From Octopus vulgaris (lineage: Eukaryota): 64,000 nucleotides of DNA. Where the stretch lies: contig OX597828.1 of assembly GCA_951406725.2 (NCBI GenBank), forward strand, positions 65,658,001 through 65,722,000, in the 5' to 3' direction. The notes beneath the pieces were generated by a model. That model worked only from the letters and a program-made list of their open reading frames with translations. It was not told the origin of the DNA and searched no databases. Positions 55,402 to 64,000 of this stretch are shown here, piece by piece. Numbering within the stretch: position 1 is the stretch's first letter; each line of letters begins with the position of its first letter. Both the position numbers and the translations under genes were made by a program.

Positions 55402-57937
55402 TCAGGTCTTCACATAAGTTCTGTCCGAATTTTGGATAAAGAATCCAAGTGATCAAATGTTATATTTAATTGAAAGTTACTCACCAATGTACTTTCCCTG
55501 ATTATCTATGACTTGCTTCCATCGATTTACAAGCTTTTTAATCCCATCAATGTAAAACTCTTTTGGTTTCAAAGCGAAGAACTCTGAAATCTCAGGTTCG
55601 ACCTCCTCCTGGCTTGCGAAAGTTGTCCCCCTAATAATTCTGTAAACTATGAAACAAATGGTATCCTGAAGGAGTTAGGTCGAAAGAATAAGTTGAAGAA
55701 ATTTTTCTAAATCGACCTCTTCGATCTTCTGTGATGTAATCTTTGCAGTGTGGGGTTGCGCATTGTCCTGATGAAACCTCACTCGTTTTCAACTCACTAA
55801 AGCGGCTCTTTTTTCCTTCAAAGCTTGATTCAAACGCTATAATTGCTGACAGTAGACTTAAGCATTGATTGTTGCGTTAGGTGGTAACAATATAAAGGGA
55901 ATTACGCCTTTGCAATCGCACCAGATAGAGTAGAACCTTTTTCCCATGAAGTTCCCTTCTCGGTTGTGGTTGAGCATTTTCCCTTTTACCAAGCCACTGT
56001 TTATGACGTTTAACATTTCGATAGAAAATCCATTTTTCGTCACAAGTCTATCGAAAGAGGGTGAAATGAATTTGCGAGAATGGAGAGAAGAGCAGATGTC
56101 AACTCGGGATTTGCGGTTGCTTTCAGACAATACATGAGGCACCTATTTTCCAAGTTTAGGAATCTTTCCACGTTGTTGAAGATGACGATGAACTGTTGTA
56201 TGGTTTGAAGTAAGCTTTATTGCCAATTCTCCAACTGATAATGACGGATTTTCTTCCAGTAATTCCTCAAGGAGCTTATCATCAAACTCAACTGAACATC
56301 AAATTCGATCTTCATCTTCAATTTTGCAAACGATCTCCTGCAAGTTCTTTCATTCAAGCACTTTCCCATAAACTGAGTGTATGTTTCGAGTCACTTCGGC
56401 TGCAGAGTTACCTTTATTGTACTCATAAAGAATTATATATGCCTTAAATGTTGAAAGGGTTTTAATCAAAGCAATTTTAGGGTGTTCAGGAAGTCTGGGT
56501 ACATGGAATAAAATCATAACATAAACAAATATAAGAAATAATAATTTTCCTTTTTTACTTTTGTTTAAATTAGATTAAAAAAATACTTTACTTTTCTAAA
56601 TTTATTTGTTATTTTTTCTACAGATGATCGAATGATGGCTCTGTCTAAAGAAGAAAGAATTCCAGATTAAATGATGGATCTGTCTAAAGAAGAAAGAATC
56701 GAGTTAGTATTATTAAGTGGACGAGAGGGGTGGTCTTATCGCAAAATTGCGGAAGAATTTAATCTTCGACACCCTTATAGGCAACCTATTTTTTTTACTG
56801 CCGTCGGGAAATTGATCAACAAATTTAAAGAAACAAGCAGTGTTTTGGATAAACCCCGTTCCGGGCGACCAAAGACTTCAGATGAAACGAAAGAAGCTGT
56901 CATGGCTAAAGTTTCTGCTAGCCCAAGAAATCACTTCGTCGGACATCCACGGTGTTAGGTGTTCCAAAACCAACCATCCACAAAATGCTGGTTGAGGAAA
57001 AATTTCGTCGATACAACCTACAGATATTGCATCACTGAAATGAAGACGATCCTGATAGACAAGTGTAGACGTGCGAATGGTTTTCAGATAAATTGGATGA
57101 AAATATCAATTTTACGAAAAACTTTGTTTTGTTCAGTGACAAAGCTACGTTTTATGTAAATGGTGAGGTCAACAGACAGAATCTTCTATACTGGTCTCGA
57201 TGTAATCCACATTGGATGGATCCATCCAAACAGCAAGGCAGCAAAAAGGTGATGGTGTGGTGTAGTTTGTGGAAAGCTCATGTTCTAGGACCCTTCTTCA
57301 TTGAACGGATGAGACTTATGTAAACATATTGAGAGACAAATTAATATCTCAAATTGAGCGCCTAGGTGAGGGCCTTCCTAATTGGTTTCAGCAGGATGGG
57401 GCTCCTACCCATTTTGCCACAACTGTTAGAGATTGGCTTAATGACACTTTTCCTCACTGGATTGGAAGAAGGGGTCATATGGAAAGGTCCCCTCGTTCAA
57501 CAGACCTTTCTCCCCTTGATTTCTTTTTCTGGGATATGTTGAAAGAGAAAGATTACAGATTTAAAACACATGACAGAACGCATTACCAGTCAGTGTGCTG
57601 AAATTGATGGCAATGTAGACTTATTTAATCAAGTTCACCTGAATTTTGCCAGGCGCATCAAGTCATGCATTGAAAATGATGGAAATCACTTTGAAAATAT
57701 TACTTATTAACATTATAATAAAATAAAATTGTTTTGTTTTAAAAGTATGTGTTAATCCCCATGTACGCAGACTTTGTGGACACCCTCTATTATTTTGTAA
57801 AACAATATTGAATTAGTTTAAACGTACACAAATGCATAAAAATAATTTTTAATTGAATTAGACATTTGAAAATACTATTAAATTTCATTCAAATCTAAAA
57901 AAAGGTAAAATTAGACAGAACTGATTGGATGACTTGA
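55402..57937 (-). mobile_element. Decayed mariner transposon hosting a nested element
   Basis: VPHVLS, WCDCKGVI, HQDNAQPH and DLTPSGYHLF motifs. Degenerate TIRs tcaggtcttcacataagttctgtcc / gacagaactgattggatgacttga. Confidence 0.85.
56478..57787 (+). mobile_element. Tc1/mariner-superfamily transposon of rosa/DD41D-like type, frameshifted
   Basis: TIRs agggtgttcaggaagtctgggtacatgg / ccatgtacgcagactttgtggacaccct. HTH with RSGRP, FSDKATF, and QQDGAPTH...LSPLDFFFW with 40 residues between the last two Asp. Confidence 0.88.
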
Positions 57938-58660
57938 TATATATAATCTATGATAAGGTTTCAAGTTTATAACACCTTGATATCTCATGTTATCTCATTT
58001 TATATGCCTAAGACGTTTATTTTCTATTCTGGTTTTTATATATTTCTGTACATTATATTTGTATCTATAATTTATTTTAAGCCGAAACATAATACAATCC
58101 TTGTACCAACGAAAGAACAAGAATGACCTCTGGAACTTTTATCTTCCACCGGTGTTTGTAATCGATGGTGACATGTGCGATGATTTTGCGACTATCTTAT
58201 ATTTTACAGAAAAATTGGAAGCCCCGAATGTAAGACACCACTTTATGCATAGTACAATATTTATAATTCTCTATTTCTAACTCAAATTCTGTCCTCAATA
58301 ATTATAGATCTCTATTTTTAAATGTAATTCTTTTCCTTCTCGTTCAGTTTATAACTATAACATGCATTCTTGTCTGTATCTTGACAAAGCTTTTTTTCTC
58401 CAGCGTTCACCACTTCACCTCGTTAGGGTTAAACAGCCATTACCGAATGTTTTCACTGTCCTGTTTTTGTTAGCAGCTTTGACGTTCCACGTATCTCAAA
58501 ATTTATTTAATTTGCTTTGGGGGAGCAATTGATTTGACAAACTCATCTCGCTGCACTGCTCGAAATGCGGAGTAAGTAAATCTGCCAACAATTGAGAAAG
58601 GGTTGTTTTTTTATGCTGCCTTCGCGCTATAGTTCTCTATACCCAACCCAACCCAACCAT

Positions 58661-58860
58661 GCCATAGCGTCGACTGTGGGCCCGTGGCTGTGGACAGTCG
58701 CCTCAATGTCGCCCAGAGCGAGCTCTGGTCGCCATAGCGTCGACTGTGGGCCCGTGGCTGTGGACAGTCGCCTCAATGTCGCCCAGAGCGAGCTCTGGTC
58801 GCCATAGCGTCGACTGTGGGCCCGTGGCTGTGGACAGTCGCCTCAATGTCGCCCAGAGCT
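58661..58860. repeat. GC-rich 70-bp perfect tandem repeat, about 2.9 copies
   Basis: Units start at 58661, 58731 and 58801. Confidence 0.95.
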
Positions 58861-58995
58861 TTGCCCATGACACTCCATGGATCCTAAGTAAGGCATGTGT
58901 AAAATTTGAATGAAATTGGTTGTGTAGTTCTCAAGTTTTAGGGAAACACACAGACAGACACACACACACATATTCTCGGTTTTATATATAGAGAT
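58861..58995 (-). mobile_element. Helitron-type non-autonomous 5' fragment
   Basis: Minus strand a|TCtctatatataaaa...gtgtgtctgtctg..., like the starts at 22126 and 27906. Confidence 0.45.
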
Positions 58996-59295
58996 ATATG
59001 TATATACATTTATACATACACACACACACATAAATCGTTGGAATTTACAAATAAAACATAAGACGAAGACAAACGTGTAAAAAAACAAACAAGTGTATTA
59101 GTTTAATGGTCGGGATAGATATATATATATATATATACTAGCATTAAATACCCGTCGTTGCCGGGTCATAGTGCTAGTGCATGTATATATGTGTATATAT
59201 ATGTGTACATATTACATGTACATCTATATATATACATCTACACATAAAATACAAAATACAAAGTTATATCTTGATATCGCTAGTGATAACAATAT

Positions 59296-59612
59296 TCAAA
59301 ATATATAACAGACTGGAATTGTTAGCCCGTCTCTTGTAATTTCGATCAATTGTATCTTGTCCTCCCTCTTGTATAGAAGTGTGGCTACAATCCAGCCTAG
59401 CTCTAATTCGGGGCGAGGGATGCATTTTTTCCGGGACGTCCTACGTCCCAGATATAAAGGTAAAAATAAAATATTTCCACTTTGCAAGTTCAAGTCAGGT
59501 ACTCCCTTGCATGCTCCATTGACTCGAACCTTGCTTCTATTGTGGCGAATTTACTGCCTCTTATTAGATACCTTTCCTAGTCGCACCAAGACACTTTTCG
59601 AAGGTGCTTTCC
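59296..59612 (-). mobile_element. Decayed ORF1 remnant
   Basis: RGSKFATIEARFES...SGNILFLPLYLGRR...LGWIVA is homologous to the 52898 ORF1. Confidence 0.7.
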
Positions 59613-59616
59613 TCCA

Positions 59617-62600
59617 TGTTTTATTACCCACAAGGGGCGAACGTAGAGGGGACAATACAATCTGATGTGGGGTCAGATACACGAATGGGTTTTACAAAAA
59701 AGCGAATTTTAAAAATTTACATGAAATTACAAAATACAAAAATCGAATGGAGAACAGACCGGAAGACATTACGGATGGAGTGGGAGCGGGTTTAGCTCGG
59801 ACCCCACGAGCCCCGCCTCCCCACTGAAACTTTGGTTTCGTTTAGTTTTACATTTATGTGGTATCATCCACTCGCAACTTTCGTGCTACATCTTTCCATC
59901 GTTCTTCATACACTCTCTTAGTCAGGCATATTCTCTCCAGCCCTATCTTCCTTTTCAGGTGAAAGATGAAATAATTCATCAAACCAGGGCCGGAGATGAA
60001 CTTGCCTGACTGTAAACCTTTCATTCTCGTCTTCCATATCACCTCTTTCGCAATTGCTACTACAACGAGAAAACAAATCTTACCTTCTTTCGCGAGGAAA
60101 TCCGGTGGGTCAATTTTTGTAATCGACTCAGTCGACAGCTGTACTCTTCGTGTGCTTGACAACAGCTGTTCGGCATAAACCCACACCTCAGACACGTCCG
60201 AACAATGAACAATAGCGTGCGGGACGGTTTCCCTATGCCGCTCGCATCTTGGACATATCGGACTGTCTTGGCCACCGTGCCTTGCGAGTTTATCCCGAAC
60301 AGGTAGAGCTCCTCTGTAGCATTGCCATGCCAGAGACTTCTGGAAGTTGTCCAGTGTCTTCGGCTCGAACGTACGTCGGAACAGACTGGCCAGCTGATTA
60401 TCGTCGAGACCTAGGGTTTCCCCCAAGGTATCTTCACATTCCGCCTCTACCAACCCTCTATAGAAGAATGTGGTGGAACCCCCACCGCAGGCGTTGCCCG
60501 AGCGACGGAATAGCAGGAGAGCCTTGCGACACTCCATGTACCATGTGCCTATTTTCGATCTACGATTCAGCCAGGTTTCCCATCCACCGAAACTAGTGAA
60601 CTTGGGAAACATCAGTTTTGCTAGCGGAGACCACACCCGTTCACCATCCAGGTAGAGCCACAGATGTCTTAACCTCAGCGCATGTCTGCGCATCATCAGC
60701 CAAGGCATCCCTAGCCCACCCTTTAACGGTTGTTGACAGCAAGTAGAGCGTTTCACAAGTGGTTTCCCGCCCTTCCACAAGAAGTAGAAGAGCTGTCTTT
60801 CCAACTTGATCAACCACGAATCAGGGCAAGGAACGACGGAAAGGCGGTAGGTGATAACCGATGCGATAAACATATTGGCTACCTCCGCCCTCCCTTTCAG
60901 GGATAGCCACCGCCAAGACCAGGTCTTGGTTACTGCAGCCACCCTGCTCGATACCTCGTCCCAATTCTTCTCTATTTGGAGGTCTGGACCGAACCAAACC
61001 CCTAGCAACTTAATCGGACCCTCCGTCCAACGTCCCACGACGCTGTCAGGAGGCATCGACTTGCCTCTCCAGGTGCCGAGTTGCAAGCCGACTGACTTTT
61101 CGCGATTAACTTTTGCTCTTGTCACCGTCTCGTAAACCTCTATGGCCTTGCCTACTTTACATAGGTGGTCCATTTCGGTTACGATGATGGTGATGTCATC
61201 CGCGTACGCTGACACTGATTTTCCATTACCTGGCTGTCTCGGGATGCCGCTCAGTTTTCGCAGTAATGGCTCAAGAGCCATCACGTACAAAAGCGGGGAG
61301 AGCGGACACCCTTGACAAACCGAGCGCTTGATGTTGAACGGCTTCGACAAGAAGCCGTTCACCCGAACTACCGAGTCGATGTTGTCGTAAATTTGGATAA
61401 TCCACCTGAGGAAGCCAAGGCTCAGCCCGAACTGTGCCAGGGCAGATACCAGGTAGCGATGGTCGACCCTATCGAATGCTTTAGATTAGTCTAAATGGAC
61501 CAGTGCCCCACCCTTGCCAGAATCGCTATTAAACCCCTCTATAGTGTACCGCATTAGATGGAGATTATCCTGAATGGTTCTGCCAGGAACGGCACATGTC
61601 TGTGCCTCCCCGATCAGACCATCCGCGACACGCGCCAATCTTTTCGATAACACTTTGGCCAAAATCTTCAACTCTGTGTTTAGCAGAGTGATGGGCCTGA
61701 AATTATCAATGCACTCCCCTTGCTCGGGTCCTTTCTGACGAGTGTCACTACTCCCCGGCGCACAGATCTGGGTATGAGCCCGTTCTGCTGCCAGTTCGCA
61801 TAGACCTCCGCCAGTAGGTGCCCGAACAAGTCTGGCATACTCTTATATAACTTATAGGGTAGACCATCTAAACCCGGCGCCTTGCCCGCGCCGCAGTCCG
61901 CCATCGCCTCAACCACCTCCCCAGGTGTGATTGGCCCTTCACAGCCCTCCGCATCTCGCCCCGATAAGCGCGGCAGCCCGTCGAGGAGGCCCTCCTCCTA
62001 TCCAGTCCGCCGCACTCACCGAAAAGCTGAGCGAAGTGCTCCTGAAAGGCCTCGCACATCTCCTCGGGCTCGTTTAACAACTCACCTTGTTGGTTCGTCA
62101 AAGATCGAATCGTGGCATCGTTACCACGCTGAGCTTCCACCATTCGGGCCCATCTCACGGCGTTGATTCCTTCACAACCCATATGGCGGATCCTAGCCCT
62201 GACAATGCAGCCCATGTGTTTGGCCTCGAGGTGCTGGTTTAACACCAGTCTCTTGGACGACACCTGAGCCGCAGAGCCAGTTTTCAAGGCTTCCTCTAAT
62301 TCCTTAACTAGAGTAGTTTCCCTCCTAGCCTCTCTAGCCACTACTCCTATGCTATATCTAATTGACTCGAACTTGATGGCTCGTTTGAGGGCGTACCACC
62401 ATTTGTTATTAATGATGGTACCAGATAGTGCCCTCTGAATTATATTCCTAATCCGGTCTTTGTACTCCTTAATCCGGTCTTTGTACTCCTTAATCCGGTC
62501 TTTGTACTCCTTAATTAAGTTTCCAATAACCGGATCCTCTATTTTTAACCTTATCTATGTCAAGCTTACAAGTGACCATTTTATGATCACTGTAGCTGAC

Positions 62601-64000
62601 CAGGTAAAACTGTGGACACTTAGCTATTTTACTGTCTACTTTTCTAATTAGTATTCTATCTAAATATGACCTGGAAGATCCGTCGCTGTTTGACCATGTC
62701 CACAATGGAGCGTTCGGAAATTCCAGCCTATAAGGATCTGCTAGCTCAAAGCGGCTTAGCGGTTCCATGAAGCCACTGTTACCTTTTCTATCTGAACGCG
62801 AGCCAACACAATCTACATCCGCTTTGCAAATTGTGTTAAAGTCTCCTAGCACAACTAATGAATGCGAAGTACCAAGAAAGTTTTCTTGTACACGAAAATA
62901 ATCACTTTGCCCTGTACTGTTGGGTGCGTAAATTACAACCAGTCTGATAACTTTACCGTTACTGAACGTCAAATCCATGACGACCAGCCTACCTTCTGGA
63001 TCTGCAAAAATTAACTTTTTCTCAGAAACCCGGTTTCTTTTTAATAGGACCAACACCCCACTCCCGCCCGTAGGACTGCCAGGAGAGAAAAAACTCTCGT
63101 AGCCGTCAAACAGCGAGAGCAGACCTCTTGGCCCCTCTAACCGGGTTTCTGTAGCAACAATAACATCTAAATTACGCGACCTGATATCATGCAGGAAGCG
63201 ACCTTGCTTCCAGCCTGCTCCCAGGCCGCGCACATTCAAACAACCAACATAAATGTAATCTATTACTTACCTTTATATCAGTGATTCGGTTTTTTCTTTT
63301 TCTTCTTTGTTTATCTCTTTTTCTGGGCCTCGTGGGGGAGTCTGACGTAGGCCCTCGAATATATATGGAGATGTTAAATCCATTCTGAGCGGGCCTGCGT
63401 CATGAAAGAATTCGGACTTTATCCACCCGTAATCCTTCCGGCCTATTCTGTAAACTATATAGTCATTCTTTTTTCCTATTTTTTCCACTTTGGCCATAGC
63501 TGCCAACACGTTCCCGAGTCTGTTGTTTGATGCCTTAACGGCCATATATGAGTTCATCGACTCTCTTTTCTTTTTTAAGTTCACTCTGGGAGGGGTGGTT
63601 TCCGTTTTTCTTTTTTTCCTGGTGATTTTTGACCACCCCTCCTCATTGCTCTTTTTTCCTCTGCTGATGGTTCTGCTGCCTCTGTCACCTCCACACCTTC
63701 AGTCGTCCCTTCTGGGCCGCCCGGCGCTGCTTCTGGTGACACTTCATCTTCTTTTCCACCTGGCTGAGGTGCTTCCTGCGGTTTGGGTTGGGGTTGGCAT
63801 TCCGCCCTTACATGACCCTTCTTGCCGCAGCCGAAGCACCTCGGCTTTCTGCCCTCTACGAAAACTGTTACTCTATCTTCTTCACTTATTTTTAGAGTTT
63901 CTGGGATCTCCTCCAGTGTTTGAATTTCTGCCTGAATAGCTATTACTATCCGCTGCCCTTTCCAGAATTCCTCCTCCTCTACTGTGGCCTGGAGGATGTT
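59617..64000 (-). mobile_element. L1/Tx1-clade LINE: ORF1 3' part, disrupted ORF2 (APE endonuclease, RT, CCHC) and 3' UTR
   Basis: LNVRGL, ETR, YAPN, GDFN, YLDRIL and SDH (APE); KAPGLDGL, QGCPLSPLLY and YADD (RT); CPRC...ETVPHAIVHC. Several stops and frameshifts. Continues beyond the window. Confidence 0.95.
62450..62514. repeat. 21-bp tandem triplication inside LINE ORF2
   Basis: taatccggtctttgtactcct x3. Confidence 0.9.

Noticed and set aside
58661-58860. Hairpin-containing repeats as a CRISPR array
   Set aside because: There are no unique spacers; the units are contiguous and identical.

Overview
Eukaryotic, AT-rich, microsatellite-dense intronic or intergenic DNA. The repeat landscape is consistent with an octopus (coleoid cephalopod) genome; this is an inference from the SINE families and simple repeats. 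No complete host protein-coding gene is recognisable, and most ORFs in the track are translations of (TA)n, (TG)n, (TAA)n and (GAA)n repeats. The window contains a disrupted L1/Tx1-type LINE (59.6-64 kb), a near-intact ORF1-only (HAL1-like) retroelement with an 18-bp target-site duplication (TSD) nested in a mariner, RTE and R4/Dong-type LINE remnants, a Penelope-like RT remnant, hAT, mariner and DD40/41D transposons, Helitron-type elements, MITEs, and at least four tRNA-headed SINE families. Three observations stand out. (1) Four small hairpin-plus-tail elements sit in (TA)n tracts, and two carry complete hammerhead ribozyme folds; a third minimal hammerhead and several decayed ones occur elsewhere. 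(2) The LINE, the ORF1-only element and one SINE family share one 3' tail, and the two ORF1s share an AGGTAAGTRAT(G) end junction. (3) SINE modules are swapped, including a TSD-bounded chimera. Splice signals hint weakly at an unidentified minus-strand host transcript between about 7.7 and 19.9 kb. All calls were made by eye; no searches were run and boundaries are approximate.
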